The notes: generated from the letters alone by a model not told the origin. Shown: positions 1-8,459, counted from the stretch's first letter. The stretch is DNA of 16,669 nt from an uncultured euryarchaeote (GCA_937899865.1 CALBRH010000021.1:1-16669), one strand, 5' to 3'. Numbers and translations: made by a program.

Positions 1-832
1 CGATAAACATTGAAATGGTCTCGCCAATATCTCCACGATGAATCATTTGCCATGACTCTTGACCCTTTACAGTGCCATCATCGGCATGAAGAACAACAAT
101 TGCTGCAAGATCTCCTTCACTGGCAAAGCCAATGGTATCACAATCACGATACACTTTGCTAGAGACAATGTGCTGGCTTGTTGTAGTTCTAATAGCTTTG
201 ATTAAGTCTCTATTACGTGCGGCTATTTCATATTCCAATTTTTCTGAATGCGAATCCATTTTTTCAGTTAAATCTTCAATCAATTTGCTAGCATTGCCAT
301 TCAGTATTTGCTTTACAGCAATAATTCGTTGTCGGTAATCATCATCCGAACCTGAATCTACATAACCGAATGGAATGTTATTTTTATCATCTCTTAAGCC
401 AAATTCTCGCCTCAATAATTTCATCACTTGTTTTGCCGCACCAGCATTAGGGAATGGCCCCCATATATCTGCATCTTTAGGCGGCCTCCTTGTGTAAAGT
501 ATTCTTGGTAGTTCATCTGTACTTAACGCTAAATATGGATATGACTTATCGTCTTTAAGCCTTGAATTATATCTTGGTTTATGCTCTCGGATTAATTGCC
601 TTTCTAGGATTAGTGCTTCATGTGGTGATGCTGTTATGATACATTCTATGTCATCAGCGCGTTCAATTAAATCAGGAATCATAGCACGGTCTGGATTGTT
701 GGAAAAATAGGATCTAATTCTTTCATTTAATTTGGTTGCTTTGCCAACATATAACACTCTTTTCTGCTTGGTTTTGAATAGATATACACCAGGTTTTTTC
801 GGCAGACTGACCGATTCAAACCTAACGGGCAT
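1..832 (-). CDS. uvrC: Excinuclease ABC subunit C (UvrC), N-terminal 277 codons; continues beyond the left edge
   Basis: Manual translation from the ATG at 832 is open to position 2: MPVRFESVSLPKKPGVYLFKTKQKRVLYVGKATKLNERIRSYF...EALILERQLIREHKPRYNSRLKDDKSYPY...WGPFPN...KMDSHSEKLEYEIAARNRDLI. It has the GIY-YIG motifs (GVYLF, YVGKA, catalytic R/E/N), the KDDKSYPY signature and the UVR coiled-coil motif. It is absent from the ORF track because no stop codon falls inside the window. Confidence 0.96.
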   Translation of the reverse strand, partial: MPVRFESVSLPKKPGVYLFKTKQKRVLYVGKATKLNERIRSYFSNNPDRAMIPDLIERADDIECIITASPHEALILERQLIREHKPRYNSRLKDDKSYPYLALSTDELPRILYTRRPPKDADIWGPFPNAGAAKQVMKLLRREFGLRDDKNNIPFGYVDSGSDDDYRQRIIAVKQILNGNASKLIEDLTEKMDSHSEKLEYEIAARNRDLIKAIRTTTSQHIVSSKVYRDCDTIGFASEGDLAAIVVLHADDGTVKGQESWQMIHRGDIGETISMFI

Positions 833-879
833 GCTTTGGCCTTTAGGTCGGTACTCAAAAGGTCAACCATCGGTTTTTT

Positions 880-908
880 GTTAAACAATTGTCAATTCAA
901 TTGATAAC
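880..908. promoter_or_regulatory. Imperfect dyad with repeated CAATT(G) boxes in the divergent uvrC / STAND intergenic region; candidate operator
   Basis: GTTAAACAATTG-TCAATT-CAATTGATAAC. It contains two perfect 8-bp palindromes, ACAATTGT (885-892) and TCAATTGA (897-904). Function is inferred from position only. Confidence 0.35.
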
Positions 909-935
909 TAACATTACCTCGCCTAATTGGGAAAC

Positions 936-3116
936 ATGGTTTCGAAAGCTCAACTTCGGATACTTGCTTGGTTGAACAAGCACCCGGAGAGTTTGGAAAC
1001 TTCTTGGGATGTAACTCGAGAAATCTCATTACCTGGAATTGCAGAAGGCCTAGGAGTGGTACGTTCAGCACTAAACATTCCACTTTCTAAATTAGAGCAT
1101 TCGAATCTAATTTTCAAACGAATGGCACATGTTGTTGGCGGCGGTAGTAGGCGTAGACAAATATACCACATTACTCCTAAAGGTAGATTACATTTAGAGG
1201 AAAATGATACAGATTTCTCTAAACACCAAACTGCAGTTGAAATTGTTGGTAATCCACCGATAATTAACGAGATTTTGGGTCGAGAAAAAGAGAGAGAAAA
1301 ATGCTTGGAGATATTGAATGAAAAATCATTATTGGTCAGTGGAATGCCAGGGATAGGTAAATCTGCATTTGTGCTAAGTCTGTGTCAAGAATTAGCCCAA
1401 CAAAAGACAGTTAGATGGGCAGTAGCAGACCAATTTTCAGATTACCATTCGATTATTTCTACTTGGTATCTTGATGAATTATTGCCTAATGATATTGAAT
1501 CCATTTGTTTGAAATTACAAAATAATGATGACATATTAGTGATAGATGATGTTAACTTAGTGAGTCAAAGACATATTGATTCTCTACAGGAATTGATTGA
1601 AAAGTTATGTATCAGTTCAAAAGTTAGATTGATTCTTATTTCAAGAGAATCATCTGGATTATTCAAAGATCTTTCTAATTTCAAATTGGATGCTTTAGAT
1701 TTGGCTTCATGTTGTGCTATGTTAGGAGAACATACCGATATTTCAGATCGAGAAAACATCGTCAAAAGTTTAGGCAATCACCCATTAGCTCTGAAATTAT
1801 ATCAACCAGAATATAATGTCCCTGAATCATCTTCAAATGTAATTGAATATGTAGATAATGTTGTGTTAAATGGACTATCAGAGAAGCAAAAGCTGCTGAT
1901 ATCGAATCTATCTCTTGAGCCGGTAATGATGGAGGCAAAAAATTCAATCATTGCTGAAGAGATAGATTTCTTTGATGAACAAAATTTAGTTAGATGGGGC
2001 GGCGACCATTTCTTTGAATTACAATCCCTTATTCGTAATGTTTCACGCTCTAAAATGTCTGAAGATGAGAGAAAAGCAGTTCACAAAATGTTGGCTGAAC
2101 ATTGGCGAATTCAAGAATCGAATGGAGCTAAAGAGAATTATTTCTATCACCTTTCACACTCTAATATGTCAAATTTCATCAGCCAATTATCAGAACAAAT
2201 TAATTCTTTAGAGGACTTTGATACTGCTGCATTAGCAACAATTGTTAATGATTCAATTTATCTCAATGGAACTGAGAAGGACTTGGTATATCTTGAGTCA
2301 CAAATTGCTCAGCAACGATTTGAGCCTGCAATTATCCGCAAAAATCTTGAACATCTAAACGGTGATGAATTGCTTGAAATGCAATTTGTATTGGCTCAAT
2401 TAGAAGGTAGGACTGAAGATTGTGAGTCGATGTTAGACGATGTATTGCATAATAAAACTGCCTTGGAAAAAGCCCGCATACTAATTCTACTCGCAAGTCA
2501 AACTTTGGAAGATAGATTGCCGTCAACGTCGGTTTCAAAGAAGGTTGAACAAAAAATCGAAAATTACCTTAAACAAATCGAGTTGAAAGAAATAGGTCAA
2601 GAAAGGCAATCAATTATTGTCGCGATATCGCTAATAAAGCATTCAATTGCAATTGCAAATAATGATTTTTCAACAGGGTTAGAAATCATTGAATCAATGA
2701 GTAATATTGGCTCAGTTGACGATTCCATAATTATTCATTTACAGACCAAAGAGGTGATTGCAAAGTATCTTTTCGGGACAAAAACGCTTGATGAGGTGAC
2801 AAATTTTGTTGATGCAAACTGTCAACAAATCGACAATCAATTGATGGCTGAGTCGTTGAAATTAAGGCTTGTTGAGGTGTTATTTGCTGACAATCTTGAA
2901 CTGGCTAAAACACGTTTTAATCAACTCACTAAACCTGATAAATTTACTCGTAGCAATACATCGATCAGATATTCTGCAAGATGGTGGCTAGCTCATTCCA
3001 ATATTTTTTCATCATCAAGCAAATCCTCTTTAAGAGAATCCTTGATGAAATTTAGGGAAGCTGGATGCGGTAATATTGCTGCAGAATTAGAAAGTAAATT
3101 TCATACTCAAGTTTAG
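936..3116 (+). CDS. Winged-helix + STAND (NB-ARC/AP-ATPase-like) NTPase + C-terminal helical/TPR-like sensor; putative signal-transducing transcription regulator (726 aa)
   Basis: N-terminal wHTH (SLPGIAEGLGVVRSALNIPLSKLE...RQIYHITPKG). STAND hhGRExE motif ILGREKE, Walker A GMPGIGKS (1341-1364), Walker B ILVIDD, sensor LILISRE, GxP motif LGNHPLAL (about 1770-1793), then an all-helical C-terminus. ATG 936 is preferred over TTG 927. Confidence 0.85.
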   Translation: MVSKAQLRILAWLNKHPESLETSWDVTREISLPGIAEGLGVVRSALNIPLSKLEHSNLIFKRMAHVVGGGSRRRQIYHITPKGRLHLEENDTDFSKHQTAVEIVGNPPIINEILGREKEREKCLEILNEKSLLVSGMPGIGKSAFVLSLCQELAQQKTVRWAVADQFSDYHSIISTWYLDELLPNDIESICLKLQNNDDILVIDDVNLVSQRHIDSLQELIEKLCISSKVRLILISRESSGLFKDLSNFKLDALDLASCCAMLGEHTDISDRENIVKSLGNHPLALKLYQPEYNVPESSSNVIEYVDNVVLNGLSEKQKLLISNLSLEPVMMEAKNSIIAEEIDFFDEQNLVRWGGDHFFELQSLIRNVSRSKMSEDERKAVHKMLAEHWRIQESNGAKENYFYHLSHSNMSNFISQLSEQINSLEDFDTAALATIVNDSIYLNGTEKDLVYLESQIAQQRFEPAIIRKNLEHLNGDELLEMQFVLAQLEGRTEDCESMLDDVLHNKTALEKARILILLASQTLEDRLPSTSVSKKVEQKIENYLKQIELKEIGQERQSIIVAISLIKHSIAIANNDFSTGLEIIESMSNIGSVDDSIIIHLQTKEVIAKYLFGTKTLDEVTNFVDANCQQIDNQLMAESLKLRLVEVLFADNLELAKTRFNQLTKPDKFTRSNTSIRYSARWWLAHSNIFSSSSKSSLRESLMKFREAGCGNIAAELESKFHTQV

Positions 3117-3346
3117 AGTTCTGCACCAATCAAGGTTTTTGTATCTACAATGCCTTCCATAGGTCTTATTTCCTCAACGATACAACGAGTCAAATCGTAT
3201 TCATTATCTGCTTGTACTCTAGCAATCAAGTCATACTCACCAAACAACATCCATCCAGAGGTTACTAATTCAATCTCCTCAAGTCTACCTCTAACCATTT
3301 TCTCCTGACCAGGTTCAGTAGTTATCAAAACGAATCCAATTGCCAT
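3113..3346 (-). CDS. Stand-alone Lrp/AsnC ligand-binding (RAM) domain protein with no HTH (77 aa), copy 2
   Basis: FVLITTEPGQEKMV...LFGEYDLIARVQA...IRPMEGIVDTKTLI is the RAM-domain pattern with a G(E)YD motif. It is preceded by an AGGTGA RBS and its stop overlaps the STAND stop by 4 bp. Confidence 0.92.
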   Translation of the reverse strand: MAIGFVLITTEPGQEKMVRGRLEEIELVTSGWMLFGEYDLIARVQADNEYDLTRCIVEEIRPMEGIVDTKTLIGAEL

Positions 3347-3350
3347 TATC

Positions 3351-3356
3351 TCACCT
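3351..3356 (-). promoter_or_regulatory. Archaeal-type Shine-Dalgarno AGGTGA overlapping the upstream stop codon (translational coupling)
   Basis: The minus strand reads TAG-GTGA-GATA-ATG: the stop of 3355..3588 is fused to GGTGA, 4 nt before the ATG at 3346. Confidence 0.75.
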
Positions 3357-3588
3357 AATATTCTACCGCTATCATTGTTTGAGTGTCTTTTACACCATCA
3401 ATTTGTCTAAAATCACTCATCAACATCCCAGAAAGTGATGCTGAGTTTTCAGAACTTAATCTAACCAACAAGTCGTACTCGCCATACAAAGCATGAACTT
3501 CTACTACTGCGTCGTGATTACTCAGTGTTTGATACACATCTCGCTCTCTTGCTGGCAATGTCTTGAACAATACAAAAGCCTCAGGCAT
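3355..3588 (-). CDS. Stand-alone Lrp/AsnC ligand-binding (RAM) domain protein with no HTH (77 aa), copy 1
   Basis: AFVLFKTLPARERDV...VVEVHALYGEYDLLVRL...FRQIDGVKDTQTMI is a canonical RAM pattern. It aligns without gaps to the neighbouring copy at 26/77 identities (hand count). Confidence 0.93.
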   Translation of the reverse strand: MPEAFVLFKTLPARERDVYQTLSNHDAVVEVHALYGEYDLLVRLSSENSASLSGMLMSDFRQIDGVKDTQTMIAVEY

Positions 3589-3630
3589 GACCTTGCCAAT
3601 AGCCCTAGTTTCTTATTGCTTACTGTGAGA

Positions 3631-3649
3631 GTGACATTACTAATGTTAC
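3631..3649. promoter_or_regulatory. Near-perfect 19-bp palindrome between divergent genes; candidate transcription-factor site
   Basis: GTGACATTA-C-TAATGTTAC; the arms match at 8 of 9 positions. It lies roughly midway between the RAM start (3588) and the surface-protein start (3696). Confidence 0.5.
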
Positions 3650-3695
3650 CCATTTAGACGAACTATTCAAAAGCGTGATGAGGCAAGGAGCATCT

Positions 3696-6600
3696 ATGGA
3701 TAAGGGAAGTAGGTCATATATTCCCTGTTTGCTAATGTTAGTACTTATGCTATCAATGCCTTTGACCAATTTACCAATAAATGAAACTTCAGACTTGTCC
3801 ATGGATTTTGAAAGCCCAACCTCTGCTCGGGCACAAACCACTTGGAGTGGAGTTGTTGAATTAACAGAATCATATACGGTTAACGTTACTGACGAATTGA
3901 TAATTGCTCCTTGTACATTAGTTAAATTACCAATCGAAGCACGAATCTTTGTCGAAGGACGTTTGTCAATCGAGGGAGATGCCGCATGTCCTGTTACAAT
4001 TTCTCAAGTAAATACTGGTTTGCATTATGGTATACAGTTTAATCAGTCATCATATGGTAGAGGTTCAGTAATTGATAATTTATCTATCCAGAGTTCAATG
4101 TACGGTATTACTATCTATGGCTCAAATCCAATTCTCAATAATGTTTCAATAATTAATCCTTCAAGGGTTGGAGTTGATTTATTCTCCAGTGCTAATCCAA
4201 CAATCAATGATTTACTAGTCGATCAAGCCGGCCGTGGATTTGCCTATGCCGATTGGAGGTATGGCATCGGTCTTTCAGTCGGCGCAGGTTCTTCACCAAT
4301 CGTCGAACGTGCAGTTCTTACTGATGCAAGAATTAGGGGGCTCAATATCTGGGGTGATTCGGGTGGAATTTACCGTCAAATAACGATTGATAATATTACA
4401 GCCGAGGGAGCATTAGCTATTTCTGCAGGCGTATGGGTAGAGGATAGTCGTCCATTAATCACAAATGTTTCAGTGGATAAATCCGATTATGGAATCTTGA
4501 TTCGTCATATTGATGATGGCGGCTACACAAGAGCAGTAGTTCGTGATTGTGTGGTTACCAATTCAATGTATAGAGGGATATATGTCGATAAAGCCAACCA
4601 CACAAATTTCACTAATTATGAAACCGCAGATTTCACTAATACTACTGTTCTAGGCACTGGTGGACCTAACGCCAAAACATCTGGAATTGGTTTTGCAGCA
4701 ATTGAAGTAAATGCCACAGGTGCATGGTTTGAGAATACATTGATTGAAAATTCAACTACTGTCGGATTGAGACTTTATTTCGTAGATTCCTCCACTACAT
4801 TTAGGAATCTGACTATAGTTAATTCGGGCGACCCTGGACAAGGTGCGCATGAAGCAGGTTTAGCGATAAGATCCTCATTTTTTGCACCGACTTTCGATGG
4901 ATTAGAGATTAGTGGTTCTCCAGGGCCTGGTGTTTCGGCAACTTCTGGAGGTGCTATGCAAGGTTCTAACTGGTTCTTACATAATAACTCAGAAGATGGC
5001 CTGTTTATCGAATCATCAACTTTGATTGTAGATGGTCTTCATCTTACAGACAATGGTCAATCAGGTGCTCATGTGTATGATTCTCGTTATGTAACATTGT
5101 CAAATTTAACAGCAATTGGTAACGGCAACCTTGGCTTATCTGATGTGGAACAAGCTGGCCTGTTATTTGAAAAGTCAAACGATATCGAAACGAATTCTGG
5201 CGATGTAACCTGTAATCATTGTACAGTGTCTTATTCAGCAGGAATCGGAGTAATGATCAAAGATTCTGTAGATCTTTGGCTTAATCATTTAACTGTAGAA
5301 AATAATGCTCCAGCTTACGACCCTATTTCGATTGATAACAGCGGTTTGACACTTGGTCAACAAGGAGGCCAAGTAAATATGCATAATGTAGTGGTTAAAA
5401 CCGAACGTCAAGGAACTGACTCAGGACCAGCATTAAACATCAATCGAGCTGCTGCAAATATAGATTTAATTACCATGGAAGGAAACCATACTGGATTGAT
5501 TTGGAATGGGAATAATAATGGTAATTTCCCTTCTTCTTTGAGTCGTGCACAATTGTCAGGAACAACTTGTTTGTTGTTAACAGAACATAACCAAATTAGC
5601 GGTGTTGATAATGTAATCACTCCACAATGTACTGGTTCGATTACTTTACAGAATAGTAATGTAAATTGGAGCAGATTTACTGACCTTACTCAATCCACAG
5701 TAATCAATTTGGATTCATTTTCAAAATTACATTTACATCAACCGAACCAGATAGCATTATCATCTGCAATTATAGCTCCCTCAGGGGAAATTGATGTTGC
5801 ATGGGACATTTCTGTTTGGGTGCAAAATAACAACTCAAACGGCGTACCGGATTCACCTGTTCAAATTAGTTTTGACCAATATGAGCCAAATGCTCAACAA
5901 AATACCAATCAGATTGGGTTTGTTACGTTCCCGGATTTCATTGGTCAAAGATGGACTAATCTGGGGCCATCAACAGTATCAACAGTGACTATTTCCTGTT
6001 CCTATGATGGGAAATCAAATAGCAGTTCAGTACAATTAGACGAAAACAAAATTGTGTATTGCATATTGCCATTAGATAACCAACCGCCATTCTTGTATTG
6101 GGATGACCCAGAGGATTCAAGCGTATTTCCAAGTGCTTCAGAAGTAGAATTCAATGCTTCTCGTTCTTGGGATTTAGATGATGACCCATTGATTTGGGAG
6201 TGGACTTCTTCTATTGATGGAGTGATTGGTAATCAAGCATCATTTGTGGTAAATCAAGGCCTTGGTTCACAATCATTAAGTGATGGCATCCACCAAATTA
6301 CTGCTAAATTATGTGATGATAAGAACAACTGTGTACAACAAAGTAGAAGTATAGAATTATCTAATTTAATTCCAGTTTTATTTGTTGAATTCACTCCGGA
6401 ATTAAACACATTTAATGAACTGATTTTACCCAAAACTGGTACATTGAAAGTGAACCTAACTGGTACATTTGATCCGGAGGGCGACCAATTGAATTGCTGG
6501 ATTAGTACATCATATGGCCTTACATATCCTGATCAATCTATACCGCAACAGTCTTGTGATGATTTAATTGAATACACTTTTCCACTTACCTCAACAGCAA

Positions 6601-8459
6601 ATAACCCTGCACCTCCTGCAGATACATTCTCATTATCGATCAATGTTGATGACGGGGTGAATCCTCCTGTAGTTCTAACTTATGATACAATTCTGTTTAA
6701 TGAAATACCAGAACCAATCTTTGAAATAATTAGATCAGAGAACTATAGCGAAAATGTGGTTACTTTAGATGGCTCACAGACAGTAGATCCTGAAGGAGAT
6801 AATTTGGAAATTGAATTTTATTCTAGTCTTGATGGAGTATTACAATGGTCTGATGAACCTTCAGGTAATGTATGGCAAGGCCATCTCTCAAGAGGCGTGC
6901 ACACTATTGAAATGCGAGTTACCGATAACGCACCAGAACACGTTGAGACCTACAAAGTTTCATCAGTTTTGATTTCAGTATTGAATTCCGCTCCAATTGC
7001 CGATATTAAATCTCCAACTTTGGCTGATAGTTATGATTCCTCTGATTTAGTAATATTATCAGCTAACGGTTCTGGAGATTTTGATTCTGTTTGCACTTCA
7101 TTTAATGCAATTGGTTTTTGGCATTGTGCAAGCAATGAACCAGCCCAAGGTTCAGAGTATTTACAAGTCTCATGGACAAGTGATTTAGATGGCAGATTAT
7201 CTTCCACCAATCAAGAAGGGCTTTACCACAGTGCTAGATTAAGCGCTGGCCTACATACTCTAACTCTTGAAATCGATGATGGAATAAATCCTCCAGTTGT
7301 TGATACTACTGCCGTAGAAGTTTCGAAGTCAGCACCTGTCTTGTCATTAGCGACACCAGATACATCACTAACATACCTCTCATCAGAGTATATCTTTTGG
7401 AATGCAATAGAGTCTGTAGATTATGATGGTGATGAGTTCACAATGTCAATAATAACAAATTTACAAAGTGAAGCAATTCTTGAAGATGTAGACCCAAGTA
7501 TTACTCATATCTCACAACTTCAAGCAGGAACTCATGAGATATCTATCATCTTGACCGATTCAGATGGTATGCAGCGAATATACGAAATTAGTTTGACAGT
7601 TATTCCATCACAACCAAATGCAATAATTGTAACTCCTTCTGAAGGTCAGTCATATAGCGGTGGAACAGAGATAATATTGGAAGAGGAATCAATTGATGCT
7701 GACTTTGATATTGTATATCGTGAATGGGAAGTTATCGACAAATCAACTGGCATCACAGTTCTTACATCAAGTTCTAGCACTCAACAAATTTCATTACAAC
7801 CGGGAGAATACTTAGTTCAATTAACCGTTAGAGATAGTTTGCAAAATACAGAGGTGGCAACTCGAAATATAAGGGTAGAAAATACCGATCCTTTACTTGA
7901 TGCAAACTCATTGGTCGTAACGCCTGCTGAATTGACCACTGGACTTGTAACGACCATCGAAATTAGTGTTATATTATCAGACCCAGATGGAACAACTCAA
8001 GATGTTAGAGGGACCCTAATCCATGGAATTCAAGTATGGGATTTTGATTTACAAGACCTTGATGGCGACAATGTCTGGGAAGGTTCTTTAGAAGTTAATC
8101 CTGAAAAATCAGGAAGACCAAGTATGAAGATTACTGCAACCGACGGTTCAGGTGATTCTGCAACAATTAGTCAAATCTCTCGAACTATCATAGTAAATGA
8201 TGCTGAGCAAGCAAGTACAAATTTACCATTTATCGTTGGTGGCGGTGCAATAATTGTTGTATTGATGCTAGTTAGCTTAGTTGTAGCAAGAATGAGAAAG
8301 GCCAAATTTGAGGATGAACTTATTGAATCATGGAATGTCTTTAGCAAACCCTCTTCTAATGAAAAACCGATTGAATTAGAGGGTGGAGCATTAGACGGTG
8401 CAAGCGAGGTTGCGAATGAGGTGTGGGCACAGCTCGAGCAAGAAGAAGGTTTGAACTGA
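3696..8459 (+). CDS. Large membrane-anchored surface protein: right-handed parallel beta-helix + about 8 Ig/PKD-like beta-sandwiches + C-terminal TM helix (1,587 aa)
   Basis: AGGAG (3686-3690) lies 5 nt before ATG 3696. Hydrophobic N-terminus IPCLLMLVLMLSMPL. Recurrent beta-helix coils (e.g. YGITIYGSNPILNNVSI, DGLFIESSTLIVDGLHLTDN). From about 6078 there are seven ~95-115-aa units starting at N-x-x-P-like linkers with S-x-D-x-D/E-G/D-D and G-x-H-x-I-x-L-x-V-x-D motifs. TM helix FIVGGGAIIVVLMLVSLVVA, then RMRK and an acidic tail. Confidence 0.85.
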   Translation: MDKGSRSYIPCLLMLVLMLSMPLTNLPINETSDLSMDFESPTSARAQTTWSGVVELTESYTVNVTDELIIAPCTLVKLPIEARIFVEGRLSIEGDAACPVTISQVNTGLHYGIQFNQSSYGRGSVIDNLSIQSSMYGITIYGSNPILNNVSIINPSRVGVDLFSSANPTINDLLVDQAGRGFAYADWRYGIGLSVGAGSSPIVERAVLTDARIRGLNIWGDSGGIYRQITIDNITAEGALAISAGVWVEDSRPLITNVSVDKSDYGILIRHIDDGGYTRAVVRDCVVTNSMYRGIYVDKANHTNFTNYETADFTNTTVLGTGGPNAKTSGIGFAAIEVNATGAWFENTLIENSTTVGLRLYFVDSSTTFRNLTIVNSGDPGQGAHEAGLAIRSSFFAPTFDGLEISGSPGPGVSATSGGAMQGSNWFLHNNSEDGLFIESSTLIVDGLHLTDNGQSGAHVYDSRYVTLSNLTAIGNGNLGLSDVEQAGLLFEKSNDIETNSGDVTCNHCTVSYSAGIGVMIKDSVDLWLNHLTVENNAPAYDPISIDNSGLTLGQQGGQVNMHNVVVKTERQGTDSGPALNINRAAANIDLITMEGNHTGLIWNGNNNGNFPSSLSRAQLSGTTCLLLTEHNQISGVDNVITPQCTGSITLQNSNVNWSRFTDLTQSTVINLDSFSKLHLHQPNQIALSSAIIAPSGEIDVAWDISVWVQNNNSNGVPDSPVQISFDQYEPNAQQNTNQIGFVTFPDFIGQRWTNLGPSTVSTVTISCSYDGKSNSSSVQLDENKIVYCILPLDNQPPFLYWDDPEDSSVFPSASEVEFNASRSWDLDDDPLIWEWTSSIDGVIGNQASFVVNQGLGSQSLSDGIHQITAKLCDDKNNCVQQSRSIELSNLIPVLFVEFTPELNTFNELILPKTGTLKVNLTGTFDPEGDQLNCWISTSYGLTYPDQSIPQQSCDDLIEYTFPLTSTANNPAPPADTFSLSINVDDGVNPPVVLTYDTILFNEIPEPIFEIIRSENYSENVVTLDGSQTVDPEGDNLEIEFYSSLDGVLQWSDEPSGNVWQGHLSRGVHTIEMRVTDNAPEHVETYKVSSVLISVLNSAPIADIKSPTLADSYDSSDLVILSANGSGDFDSVCTSFNAIGFWHCASNEPAQGSEYLQVSWTSDLDGRLSSTNQEGLYHSARLSAGLHTLTLEIDDGINPPVVDTTAVEVSKSAPVLSLATPDTSLTYLSSEYIFWNAIESVDYDGDEFTMSIITNLQSEAILEDVDPSITHISQLQAGTHEISIILTDSDGMQRIYEISLTVIPSQPNAIIVTPSEGQSYSGGTEIILEEESIDADFDIVYREWEVIDKSTGITVLTSSSSTQQISLQPGEYLVQLTVRDSLQNTEVATRNIRVENTDPLLDANSLVVTPAELTTGLVTTIEISVILSDPDGTTQDVRGTLIHGIQVWDFDLQDLDGDNVWEGSLEVNPEKSGRPSMKITATDGSGDSATISQISRTIIVNDAEQASTNLPFIVGGGAIIVVLMLVSLVVARMRKAKFEDELIESWNVFSKPSSNEKPIELEGGALDGASEVANEVWAQLEQEEGLN

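Noticed and set aside
132-338. 68-aa plus-strand ORF
   Set aside because: It is antisense to the clearly recognisable uvrC frame and has no motifs.
892-2538. Short ORFs overlapping the STAND gene (892..1083, 950..1171, 1565..1777, 1762..1947, 2014..2211, 2332..2538)
   Set aside because: They are antisense or off-frame shadows of a long motif-bearing CDS with no recognisable features.
936-3116. STAND protein as an Avs-type antiviral defence system
   Set aside because: The N-terminal effector is a winged helix rather than a nuclease, SIR2, TIR, protease or TM domain, and the neighbours are housekeeping and envelope genes. A regulator is the simpler reading, though not proven.
3620-3841. 73-aa minus-strand ORF that could extend the RAM operon
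   Set aside because: It is antisense to the signal-peptide region of the large surface protein, runs over the 3631-3649 palindrome and has no motifs.
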